From contig JBMNEZ010000001.1 of NCBI GenBank assembly GCA_050949045.1, positions 448,001-512,000 on the forward strand: a stretch of DNA of 64,000 bases, given 5' to 3'. Every line of letters starts with the position of its first letter. The stretch's first letter is position 1. Origin of the DNA: Candidatus Izemoplasmatales bacterium. GTDB lineage: Bacteria; Bacillota_I; Bacilli_A; Izemoplasmatales; Hujiaoplasmataceae. Both the position numbers and the translations under genes were made by a program. Below are positions 42,061 through 51,125 of the stretch, in pieces. The notes under the pieces were generated by a model. The model searched no databases, was not told the origin of the DNA, and saw only the letters and a list, made by a program, of their open reading frames with translations.

Positions 42061-42651
42061 ATGATATATACGACTCAAGATTTATTAAAAATTAATAAAA
42101 ATTATTCTGATGTTATGGGTAAAATTTCAAGAGATTTAAGAAACGAAAAAATAATTCAACTGAAAAGAGGACTATATGAAAGTGACAAAAATACTCCTGG
42201 GTATTACCTTTCTGGTTATATTTATGGTCCGTCATATTTATCTTTTGATTATGTATTATCTATAAACGGATTAATACCTGAGGGCATCTATAAAACTTAT
42301 ACATCTGCAACATTTAAGAAAAACAAAAAAAAGACTTATTCTAACTATTTTGGGGATTATTTGTATAGAGATGTACCAGAAGGTGTTTTTAGGTTTGGGG
42401 TTAAAACCGTGATGGAAAATGGTTATAGTTATCAAATAGCGAGTGTTGAAAAAGCTCTATGTGATAAATTATACACATTAAGGCCAGTAAAAAATCTTGA
42501 AGAGTTGAAGTTTTTATTATTTAATGATTTAAGAATAGATGAAGATATGTTTAAGAAATTAGATTTTGATTTCATTATAAAAATAAGCAGTAAATATAAA
42601 TCAACTAATTTAAAATTATTGGAAAAATTAATAAGGGGTGGTAGGGTTTAA
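42061..42651 (+). CDS. Type IV TA antitoxin, AbiEi-like
   Basis: IIQLKRGLY, PSYLSFDYVLS..GLIPE, IASVEKALCD; immediately upstream of AbiEii. Confidence 0.85.
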   Translation: MIYTTQDLLKINKNYSDVMGKISRDLRNEKIIQLKRGLYESDKNTPGYYLSGYIYGPSYLSFDYVLSINGLIPEGIYKTYTSATFKKNKKKTYSNYFGDYLYRDVPEGVFRFGVKTVMENGYSYQIASVEKALCDKLYTLRPVKNLEELKFLLFNDLRIDEDMFKKLDFDFIIKISSKYKSTNLKLLEKLIRGGRV

Positions 42652-43512
42652 ATGACTATTATTAGACAAATGTTAAGTAATTATGAAATAAACAATTTAG
42701 AAGATAAAAAGAACGCCTTAAAAGAAGTGGTTCAAGAGGTAGTTCTTTCCGGACTTGCGAGATCAAATTTCTTTAATCATGCGGCTTTTTATGGCGGCAC
42801 AGCTTTAAGAATATTTTATGGTTTAGATAGATTTTCAGAAGATTTAGATTTTTCGCTTGTAACTCCAAACAATGATTTTGACTTAAGTCAATATTTTTCT
42901 TATATTGAAAACGAAGCCAATTCACTTGGACTTAATTTTAAAGTGGAAAAAAAAGTTAAAGAAATAGATTCTAATATTAAATCAGCCTTTTTAAAAGGCG
43001 GAACTAAAGAGCATATTATTACTTTTTATGAAAATGATATAGATATTAAAAACATAAATCCAAGAGAACTAATTAAAATTAAGTTTGAAATTGATATTAA
43101 TCCACCAGCATATGCCTCATTTGAAAATAAGTTTAGATTAATTCCTTATCCATATCAAGTAAAACTTTATGATATGCCTTCTTTATTTGCCGGTAAAATT
43201 CATGCGGTATTATGTAGGGGATGGAAGAGTAGAGTTAAAGGTAGGGATTTATACGATTATGTTTTTTATCTTTCTAAAAATGCTAAAGTTAACTTAAGAC
43301 ATCTAAAAGCACGAATGGTACAAACAGGTCATTTTGATGAAAAAGAAGAATTAACAATTGATAAACTAAAAGACATGTTAAATAAAAAGTTTTCGAGTAT
43401 CGATTATGTAAATGCCAAAGAGGATGTTATTGCGTTTATAAAAGATAAAAGAAAATTAGATCTTTGGAGTAAAGAGTTTTTTATAGATATTACTAGTAAT
43501 TTACAAGATTAG
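42652..43512 (+). CDS. Type IV TA toxin, AbiEii nucleotidyltransferase
   Basis: AFYGGTALRIFYGLDRFSEDLDFS, KIKFEID, FAGKIHA, KGRDLYD. Confidence 0.92.
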   Translation: MTIIRQMLSNYEINNLEDKKNALKEVVQEVVLSGLARSNFFNHAAFYGGTALRIFYGLDRFSEDLDFSLVTPNNDFDLSQYFSYIENEANSLGLNFKVEKKVKEIDSNIKSAFLKGGTKEHIITFYENDIDIKNINPRELIKIKFEIDINPPAYASFENKFRLIPYPYQVKLYDMPSLFAGKIHAVLCRGWKSRVKGRDLYDYVFYLSKNAKVNLRHLKARMVQTGHFDEKEELTIDKLKDMLNKKFSSIDYVNAKEDVIAFIKDKRKLDLWSKEFFIDITSNLQD

Positions 43513-43545
43513 GTCTTTTAAATGAAATATCCACTTTTTAGTTGA

Positions 43546-43854
43546 CATTCCAAGGATTGGGAAGAAACTCTATTAAATTGGATTAGTAATGCTTTTGAAC
43601 TTAAGGTTGATTACTTAATCGATATCTATCCTAACCCAAAACTTTTTAAAATAGAAATTTAAAGCGAAACAAATAAACCATATTTTCATACAGATGGTGG
43701 AAATTCCAATTCGAAAGGTGTTTATATTAGAGTAGGCAGTACTAAAAGAGTTGTTAGTTTTGCGGAAGTTCAAAGAATGATTTATAGAATAAGAGCCCAT
43801 GAATTTGAAAGATTAGTTTCATTAAATCAAGATTTAACATTTACTTATGCAACC
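43546..43854 (+). pseudogene. Fragment of a second AlbA_2/Schlafen-type gene
   Basis: Manual translation ..FKIEI*SETNKPYF..KGVYIRVGSTKR..FERLVSLNQDLTFTYA, with an internal TAA at 43660 and no start or end. Confidence 0.65.
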
Positions 43855-43858
43855 AAAC

Positions 43859-43906
43859 ACGCAATAATTGCGTATAAATAAAGCGATTAACACGCAATAA
43901 TTGCGT
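43859..43906. promoter_or_regulatory. Two identical palindromic operators upstream of the XRE-MNT gene
   Basis: ACGCAAT-A-ATTGCGT at 43859-43873 and 43892-43906. Confidence 0.75.
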
Positions 43907-43946
43907 TAACAAAAATATTGTGGTATTATTTAGTTGAGGTGACATT

Positions 43947-44417
43947 ATGTCATTAAAAGAATTAAGAATTAGAAAAAAATTAACACAAGTTGAAAGTGCT
44001 AAATATCTTGGAATACCGATTCGGACTTATCAAAATTATGAAAATGATGAATCTAAAAGAACTTCAATGAAATATTTATATATGATGGAAAAATTAGAAA
44101 AATATGATTATATTGATGAGACAACCGGTATCCTTTCAGTTGAGCAAATTAAAAAAGCTTGTGAACAAGTTTTTAATAATTTGGATGTAGAATATTGTTA
44201 CTTATTTGGATCATATGCTGAAGGAACTCCAAATGAAAAAAGTGATGTAGACTTATTAATATCAACAAGTATAACTGGTTTAGATTATTATAATTTAATA
44301 GAAACATTAAGAAACAAATTATTTAATAAAAAAATAGATTTATTAACTGTGAAACAATTAGAAAATAATTTTGATCTATTACATGAAATACTAAAAAAAG
44401 GAGTAAAGATATATTGA
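43947..44417 (+). CDS. XRE-HTH fused to a minimal nucleotidyltransferase (MNT antitoxin-like)
   Basis: LKELRIRKKLTQVESAKYLGIPIRTYQNYE plus YLFGSYAEG..SDVDLLI..KKIDL. Confidence 0.88.
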   Translation: MSLKELRIRKKLTQVESAKYLGIPIRTYQNYENDESKRTSMKYLYMMEKLEKYDYIDETTGILSVEQIKKACEQVFNNLDVEYCYLFGSYAEGTPNEKSDVDLLISTSITGLDYYNLIETLRNKLFNKKIDLLTVKQLENNFDLLHEILKKGVKIY

Positions 44418-44899
44418 TATGATACTCCAGAATTGATACATGAAATAAACATAATAGTTTAGATTCATGTAATACCTATGGTTACCCAACCGCAGGCGCA
44501 CACTTTGGAGGTGTCTTTTTTTTATGGTAGAAAACACATACAACTACAATTTAATGATTAGAATATGTAAGGAGTATGCAAACGGATCTACCTCTTTTGG
44601 AGAGTTATCAAAAAAAAATATAAGATTTCACACTACAACTATGTAAGTTGGGCCGATTATCGTGTAAGCCGTTTTTACTTTCACAAATAATGTGTATTTA
44701 TTGTTTTCAGTCATTGTTTTTGTGGGAGGCCTAAATTCATTGCTATTTTTCGGGTTGTTTCTGCTATAATAAAATTACGATAATAACGCCTGAGAATGGC
44801 TATCGGCTGCTTATCAAACAAATTATTCGATAAAACTGAAGCTTTATATCATAAATTTGCCATTCAATATTTTGTTTTCATTATAGGAGGTGAACATCG

Positions 44900-46942
44900 G
44901 TGCCAATCAAGAGTGTCAATTTACCTATTTGCGTTTCAAACCGGCTGAAGGACAGTTACGAGAAAGTCTTCTTACCTCTTTATCATAATGCCCAGATTAT
45001 CGAGCGTCGTGTGTTCACGCTTTCTTACGATTGGATTTTGCAGTCCAAAGAAGCTTTGCTGCAGTTTTTGCTACAAGGCGGCAAACTGAAACTGTTGGTT
45101 ACCTATGAGATTCAGCCAGAACTCCATCAGGCTTTCCAAGACAATGACCCCGACGCTATCGCGGCAACTCTCCGCAAGAACCTTGTCGAACCTTTCAAAA
45201 GGGATATTCCCTATAATGAAGTATGGCAGGTTGCCTATCTTTCGCATTTGATCGTTTCTGGAGTTCTTGAGATCAAGGTCTCAATCCCGAAGGCAGAAGC
45301 ACAGGTCCATGATGAGATCACTTTGGTCAAAGAAGATGAGGATACTGTCTGTTTCCATGGGACTTTTTTCCCCACAGATACAAGTCAGGAAAACGTCGAT
45401 GTCTTCGTTTCCTGGGACCAGCAAGGCAAACTCCGGATTCAAGATTTCCAGATGGAATTCGATCAAGAATGGAATAATCACGACGATCAGTACTTCACCG
45501 TTTCTCTTCCAGAGGAGTTGTTGGCTGATTTCAAGGAACTAGCTTCAGAATATAATCCCTATTTCTATATTCTTGAAAACAAGACCAAATATAAAATGAC
45601 AAGCGACCAGCAGGAAACGATCGACAAACTCAGTGCGAATGATTGGCAAGGTCTGATGATCGTTCCCTCGGAATCCGGGGAGAGGCTCACCAGTTTGTTT
45701 GCGCTCGATCAGTTCATCATCCACAAACCACGAACAATCGCCCTTGTCGTCTGTCCCAACCTTCATCAAATAAACCAGTGGGTCACTACCTGCAAACAGA
45801 AATATCCCAAGAAACAACTGATCACCTTCGCAAGTGAGGAAGAAGTCAAAGATCCCTATTTCACCGATATCCTGAGGCTGAAATTGAGAGAGGACATCAT
45901 CTTCGTCTTCGTTACCTACAAACTCTTCGTGACCAAGACTTTCCAAATGGTGTTCGCGAGAAATAAGAACACCGCTTTTTACATCTTTGACGAATGCACG
46001 CTCTTAGGCGAGAAGCAGGCGATCGTCTCGATCCATCCGTTTCAAGAAGGCGGAAGGATCGGTATCACCTCGATGCCGCTCGACTGGCTAGAACCTGAGA
46101 AGGCGAGTTTCCTCAAAAAACAATTCAAAGAAGTCGTCACCGAGCATTCCTTGAAAGACGCCATCGGGAACACTCACAGCGAATACGAATACATCGCTCT
46201 TCTCTCGGAGATGATCATCGCCGAGTATTCCGAATACAAACAATTCGCCTCCTTAATCTCAAGACTGAAGAGCGAAAAATTAGACGACTCGAAAAAAGAA
46301 GAAAAACAAACAGAATACGAGATTAACAAAGAGACCATCATCGAATGCGCCTACAACAAGAAAAACGACTTTCTCTATGTTCTGCCCCGCTTTGAGCAGA
46401 AACGGATCATTGTCTATGCAGAACGTTCCCAAGCTAAGGATATCAAAGAGGCGCTCGAATTCTCCTTGAAACTGAACGTTGACATACTCTCTCCCGATAC
46501 TCCCCTTGGGGAGCGCTTTCAGATTCACAAGAAATTTGTAAGAGGTCAGATTGATGTATTAATCACTTGCGATGCCTTCACCGAAGGTCTCGCGGGCCTC
46601 GATCCCAAGGCGATTTACCTGCTTTCATCCCCGTCCTCTCCCAGGATCTTCTTTAGAAGAAGAGGTCAATTGGTTTCGTCGCAGACGGGTAAATATATCC
46701 CCAAGATCTACGACTTCGTCACGATCCCGCCACGCCTGGGGTTCCATGATCCCCTGCAGAAGGAAATCGTTATGCGGGAGCTCCCGCGGGTCCTAGAACT
46801 ATCCAGCCTCGCAAAAGATGTTGATCTCGAAGAACTCTCCGATTATCTTGAAACATTGAAACAGGAACACCTGCTCAGTGAAGAATCCGGACAGGAGCTG
46901 ATCAAGAACATCTTTGTTAAAGAAGAAATCTACTATGATTGA
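44900..46942 (+). CDS. PLD-like + SF2 (ResIII/DEAD-like) helicase homologue with degenerate catalytic motifs
   Basis: Intact 680-aa ORF with an AGGAGG RBS; the scaffold motifs of PLD-helicase fusions are recognisable, but HxK, Walker A, DExH and motif VI are altered. Confidence 0.72.
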   Translation: MPIKSVNLPICVSNRLKDSYEKVFLPLYHNAQIIERRVFTLSYDWILQSKEALLQFLLQGGKLKLLVTYEIQPELHQAFQDNDPDAIAATLRKNLVEPFKRDIPYNEVWQVAYLSHLIVSGVLEIKVSIPKAEAQVHDEITLVKEDEDTVCFHGTFFPTDTSQENVDVFVSWDQQGKLRIQDFQMEFDQEWNNHDDQYFTVSLPEELLADFKELASEYNPYFYILENKTKYKMTSDQQETIDKLSANDWQGLMIVPSESGERLTSLFALDQFIIHKPRTIALVVCPNLHQINQWVTTCKQKYPKKQLITFASEEEVKDPYFTDILRLKLREDIIFVFVTYKLFVTKTFQMVFARNKNTAFYIFDECTLLGEKQAIVSIHPFQEGGRIGITSMPLDWLEPEKASFLKKQFKEVVTEHSLKDAIGNTHSEYEYIALLSEMIIAEYSEYKQFASLISRLKSEKLDDSKKEEKQTEYEINKETIIECAYNKKNDFLYVLPRFEQKRIIVYAERSQAKDIKEALEFSLKLNVDILSPDTPLGERFQIHKKFVRGQIDVLITCDAFTEGLAGLDPKAIYLLSSPSSPRIFFRRRGQLVSSQTGKYIPKIYDFVTIPPRLGFHDPLQKEIVMRELPRVLELSSLAKDVDLEELSDYLETLKQEHLLSEESGQELIKNIFVKEEIYYD

Positions 46943-46959
46943 TCCTAGAGGAGGTCATC

Positions 46960-47277
46960 ATGTTCACTTTCACCAACCGGGAATTCAAAGAAATTACTGC
47001 CAAGGCTTTTGTCTCGACCGAACCTTTGATCCTCAAATTTTTTCCCGCCAAGGAGAAAAGGAAGTTTGCGACGCTCATAACGATCATTCAAGCCTTTGAT
47101 CCCAGCAGGGCTTATCATGAAAGGGAAGTCAATGAGATTTTAAAGCCGATTTACCATGACTGGGCGATCATCAGGCGCTACCTTGTCGATTACGGTTTTA
47201 TGTCCCGAACTCCTGACGGCAGCGTCTACCAGGTCGTAAGACAAGACTGCAAGAAGTTTTTCGAATCATTGACCTAG
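46960..47277 (+). CDS. DUF2087 family protein
   Basis: FPAKEKRK, YHEREVNEILKPIYHDWAIIRRYLVDYGFMSRTPDGSVY. Confidence 0.88.
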   Translation: MFTFTNREFKEITAKAFVSTEPLILKFFPAKEKRKFATLITIIQAFDPSRAYHEREVNEILKPIYHDWAIIRRYLVDYGFMSRTPDGSVYQVVRQDCKKFFESLT

Positions 47278-47381
47278 GTGACAAGTCGGATAAAAAATGA
47301 AAGTGGAAGTTTTGGTAAAAAAATCTTTCTTATATTCTCCATATATGTTAAGATAAGCACTAGTGGAAGGAGTCTAATATT

Positions 47382-48602
47382 GTGAGCAAACTACAAGGAA
47401 ATATTCTCTACGGTCAGTCCGGAGGACCGACCAGTGTTATCAACGCCTCGGCTTACGGCGTGATCAAGGAAGCCAAGAAACACAAGGAAATCGGTCAGGT
47501 CATCGCCATGAAGCACGGGATCAAGGGCGCTCTCAACGAAGAGTTTTTTTTCATCGACAGACAAGATGAAGAGACGATCGAACTCTTGAAACACACTCCC
47601 GGTTCCGCCTTCGGCTCTGTCAGATACAAACTCAAGGATTTTCGTGAGGATGATTCCAATTATTTAAGGTTGCTTTATATCTTCAAAAAGTACAATATCC
47701 GCTATTTTTTCTATAATGGCGGCAACGATTCGATGGACACCTGTGCCAAGATCGCCGACTACATGAAAAATATCGACTATGACTGCCGGATCATCGGCAT
47801 CCCCAAGACCATCGACAACGACCTGCCCCACACCGACCATACCCCGGGCTACGGCTCGGCTGCCAAATACATCAGCAACACGATGATGGAGATCTGTTAT
47901 GATATGCTTGCCTATCCGAACGGCAAAGTCACGATCGTCGAGATCATGGGCCGCCACGCCGGCTGGCTGACCGCCGCTGCCGGCATCGCCAACCTTTCCG
48001 GCTTCGGCCCCGACCTCATCTATCTTCCCGAGATTCCTTTCTCGGTCGAAAAATTCAAAGAAAACGTCAAGCAAGTCTATCAAAAGAAAAAACAATGCCT
48101 GGTGGCCGTCAGCGAAGGCATCACCAACAAGGAAGGTATCTTCATCAGTTCCAGTTCCGGGTACAGAGACGCCTTTGGGCACTTCCAACTCGGCGGCGTC
48201 GCTTCAAAACTGGCGGGCACGATCGCATCCGATCTCGGCATTCCCTCCCGCTCTGTCGAATTCAGTTCTACTCAAAGAGCGGCCGCCCATCTTCAAAGCC
48301 TGACCGATGTGAACGAGGCCATCCAAGTCGGCGCCTATGCCGTCGAAGCAGCTATCAAGGGCAAGAGCAATATGATGGTCACAATCCAGAGAATAAAGAA
48401 CGATCCTTACGAGGTTGGTTATTCTCTCCATCCCCTGATCGAATGCGCCAATACCGAAAGAGGCGTGCCTCGCTCGATGATCAATGCGGAAGCGAATGGC
48501 GTCACCCAGGAATTTATCGATTACGCTTTGCCGCTGATCCAAGGGGAGAACCCTCCGAAATTCAAAGGCGGCATCCAACAGTTTTCCAAACTCAAAGACT
48601 AG
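47382..48602 (+). CDS. 6-phosphofructokinase, probably PPi-dependent
   Basis: GQSGGPTSVINAS, GGNDSMDT, PKTIDNDL, EIMGRHAGW. Confidence 0.93.
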   Translation: MSKLQGNILYGQSGGPTSVINASAYGVIKEAKKHKEIGQVIAMKHGIKGALNEEFFFIDRQDEETIELLKHTPGSAFGSVRYKLKDFREDDSNYLRLLYIFKKYNIRYFFYNGGNDSMDTCAKIADYMKNIDYDCRIIGIPKTIDNDLPHTDHTPGYGSAAKYISNTMMEICYDMLAYPNGKVTIVEIMGRHAGWLTAAAGIANLSGFGPDLIYLPEIPFSVEKFKENVKQVYQKKKQCLVAVSEGITNKEGIFISSSSGYRDAFGHFQLGGVASKLAGTIASDLGIPSRSVEFSSTQRAAAHLQSLTDVNEAIQVGAYAVEAAIKGKSNMMVTIQRIKNDPYEVGYSLHPLIECANTERGVPRSMINAEANGVTQEFIDYALPLIQGENPPKFKGGIQQFSKLKD

Positions 48603-48665
48603 TTTAAGATCATAGCCGGAAACACTTGCAAAACATGTGTTTTCGGCTATAATAGATATTGCTTT

Positions 48666-48750
48666 GCGGTTGTGGCGGAATGGCAGACGCGCTACTTTGA
48701 GGGGGTAGTGTCCATCGGACGTGTGGGTTCAAGTCCCATCAACCGCACCA
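48666..48750 (+). tRNA. tRNA-Leu (anticodon GAG)
   Basis: Acceptor GCGGTTG/CAACCGC, D arm GGCGGAATGGCAGACGC, anticodon loop TTGAGGG, long variable arm, GTGGGTTCAAGTCCCAT, CCA; promoter TTGCAA-16-TATAAT at 48626-48653. Confidence 0.96.
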
Positions 48751-49134
48751 TATATGAAGCATAGGTTTGATACAATAAAGCGATTTACTAATCGCCCTAG
48801 TATCAAGCCTTTTTTAACTTTAATAAGGGTTTTTCCTCAATTTAAAGTGTAGTTTTTAATATGAAAAGCAATCAAAGATTAGGATAAAATTAGATTGAAA
48901 AATAGATGCTTACACGATCTAAATGATTTTTACACGACTACTTTGAATTTCTACACGATTACTATATGTAGGGATTCCACTCTTAATTTTCTCTCTCTAA
49001 CAGTTACAAAATTTCATAACTGGCTTGCTTACTTAACTCTTTAATGATTTGTTTTATATGTATATGATTTCATTTTTAAATACTGATTAAAATTCAACTA
49101 ATCCAATTTTAAAAAAAACATGCGAGATGAAATG

Positions 49135-49163
49135 TTGACAATTCACTATTGATTTGATATAAT
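49135..49163 (+). promoter_or_regulatory. Perfect consensus SigA promoter with extended -10
   Basis: TTGACA-17 nt-TATAAT with TGn before the -10 box. Confidence 0.85.
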
Positions 49164-49204
49164 TCTGTTACATATAAATTTAAAATAAAGGTGCTGATTG
49201 AAGA

Positions 49205-50437
49205 ATGAAAAAAATATTTATTCTGATACTTACTTATTTGCTTGCTTATTTTTTAAGTGTAACGATTACTGTATCTGCAACAAGCACGAATAATGTCAAG
49301 ATAGTTGATGATATTAATAATGTTGTAGTATCAAAAGATATGGTTGTAGCCGCGAATATATGCGATTCAAGTATTTACAGTTCATTAAGGCAATACTTAG
49401 ACCCAAAATACTTAGTGGTTATCTATAACTTGACAGGAAATGTCTATGATATATTGTTTGGTCAAGAATTATCAAACACATTCGGAGTCCTATATTATTA
49501 TGATAATAATAACACACTAAGGCGATATAGAATTTCAGGACAAGATGTATCAAAGAACGAAAAGAAAATTGATCTTGATAGGTACCTCAATCAATATTAT
49601 GAGAAATTTAAGGATGATAAGAGCGATATTCATGATTCAAACACTATTACAACAGATAATCAAGTTCTATATTTGAGTAATAACATTGAATTATTATCAG
49701 AAGGTGAAGATTTTGGATCTCCTATAATGATTCTAGGAGGAACAGATATATATGGTGCATATTCGTATGTTGTTCATGAACACCTAGTATTCAGATATAC
49801 AGTTGGATCGAATTACATTTTTAGGGTTGAAAGTAAAGTTCAATTTACATCGGGTAATGCAGCGGTAGAATCTTCATATGATGATAGATATAAAAGTTAT
49901 TATGGTTTAGTTTCTGGGGAATTGGAAAAACATATTGAATATGGTTATGGGACGTGGTACTCTGCTCAACCGAAAAAGCTGGATTACTGGCCAAAGAACG
50001 AAATTTCATATAGAACGATTACATCTGGATTTAATATCAATCTAACGCTTGGGAGAACCAAAAGCATTGGTGCGGATGTTGGAGAAGACGGTTATGGTGT
50101 TTCTGCAAACTCTGAATTTTCTTCAACACTAGGATTGGGTTACTTTTACCAAGAAACAAGGACGATTCAAATACCAAACATGAATGCTCAATGGTTAAGT
50201 CTAACCGAAGGCGCTGCTTGGGAGTATACAACATTTAATAACAATCCAGATGTCGCAGTTACTGTATATCCAGGAATGTTATTCGAAACCATACCGGCTT
50301 ATCCATATGCTATGAGATATAATGGAGAATATCATGTGAATATAGAGTTTGTTACAAGAAGATATTTTTTGGGAATACCAGTCAGCACAAAAACCCAAAC
50401 TTTTGAAGAAATTATCATGCTAGATGTATTGATTTAG
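49205..50437 (+). CDS. Secreted protein with a leukocidin/alpha-hemolysin-like beta-pore-forming domain (putative)
   Basis: Signal peptide MKKIFILIL..VSA; LDYWPKNEI followed by a Gly/Ser/Thr-rich amphipathic hairpin, then YQETRTIQIPN..AAWEY. Confidence 0.6.
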   Translation: MKKIFILILTYLLAYFLSVTITVSATSTNNVKIVDDINNVVVSKDMVVAANICDSSIYSSLRQYLDPKYLVVIYNLTGNVYDILFGQELSNTFGVLYYYDNNNTLRRYRISGQDVSKNEKKIDLDRYLNQYYEKFKDDKSDIHDSNTITTDNQVLYLSNNIELLSEGEDFGSPIMILGGTDIYGAYSYVVHEHLVFRYTVGSNYIFRVESKVQFTSGNAAVESSYDDRYKSYYGLVSGELEKHIEYGYGTWYSAQPKKLDYWPKNEISYRTITSGFNINLTLGRTKSIGADVGEDGYGVSANSEFSSTLGLGYFYQETRTIQIPNMNAQWLSLTEGAAWEYTTFNNNPDVAVTVYPGMLFETIPAYPYAMRYNGEYHVNIEFVTRRYFLGIPVSTKTQTFEEIIMLDVLI

Positions 50438-50445
50438 GTGATAGT

Positions 50446-50682
50446 ATGAAAAAGAGCAAATTATTATTCGTAGCATTATATGGCATTATTATAACCATAG
50501 GACTGCTTTTCGTTTTTATCACTCCTTATTATATTTCTAACAATAACCTTAATGCAGTTGACTTGAGTAATGACATTATACTTGATATTGTCGCAAAAGG
50601 AAAAACATATTTTGGGTTTTTGTTAATTATAATTGGAGTTTCAGGCCTGTTTTTAGAAAAGTACTCAATCAAAAAAAGTTAA
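50446..50682 (+). CDS. Small two-TM membrane protein
   Basis: 78 aa with two hydrophobic helices, starting 8 nt after the upstream stop. Confidence 0.75.
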   Translation: MKKSKLLFVALYGIIITIGLLFVFITPYYISNNNLNAVDLSNDIILDIVAKGKTYFGFLLIIIGVSGLFLEKYSIKKS

Positions 50683-50701
50683 TAATCTACAACAAGGACA
50701 T

Positions 50702-50737
50702 TATAGCAGGATTCATTCATGAATCCTGCTATATTTA
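50702..50737. terminator. Terminator-like hairpin closing the two-gene unit
   Basis: TATAGCAGGATTCAT-tc-ATGAATCCTGCTATA, perfect 15-bp arms. Confidence 0.75.
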
Positions 50738-51125
50738 ATTGAAGCGGATAAGCACTTGATTGTTATAAAACGGAAGTTTTTGGTTTGATCAGCTATGGTT
50801 TTTGAATAGTAGGTTATGATACCATATGCATACTTAAATACGAAAGAAAACTACTTTTTAGCAGGGGTGCGTAAAAATGGGGTTAGAGTGTGTAAATTCT
50901 CACTAAGGGTGCGCATTTGTATTAAAATAGGTTACACAACCCATACTATGACAAGGGTTTTGATACAATTCAAGCCCTTTTTTTACGGGGATAAAGCGTT
51001 ATTGTAAAGTTTTATATTAAATTTATTTTACAGATTACACAAAAGTCAATATATAACGGTTTAAATTGTGTTTTAAAAAAATAAATGATACTATATTTAC
51101 TGAATTAATTGAAAGGGAAATACAC

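Larger units (their letters stand above)
37017..44800. mobile_element. AT-rich genomic island at tRNA-Gly (no integrase visible; right boundary approximate)
   Basis: Abrupt shift to AT-rich sequence and codon usage directly after the tRNA CCA; TA/defence-type cargo, gene fragments and repeated junction sequences. Confidence 0.8.
48751..50985. mobile_element. AT-rich islet at tRNA-Leu (foreign-looking DNA may extend to about 57.9 kb)
   Basis: Composition shift after the CCA; degenerate second copy of the post-tRNA hairpin at 50953-50984; triple repeats with about 21-bp period near both ends. Confidence 0.68.

Noticed and set aside
44900..46942. Calling this an active type III restriction or Dnd enzyme
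   Set aside because: The catalytic motifs are degenerate and there are no neighbouring methylase or dnd genes.
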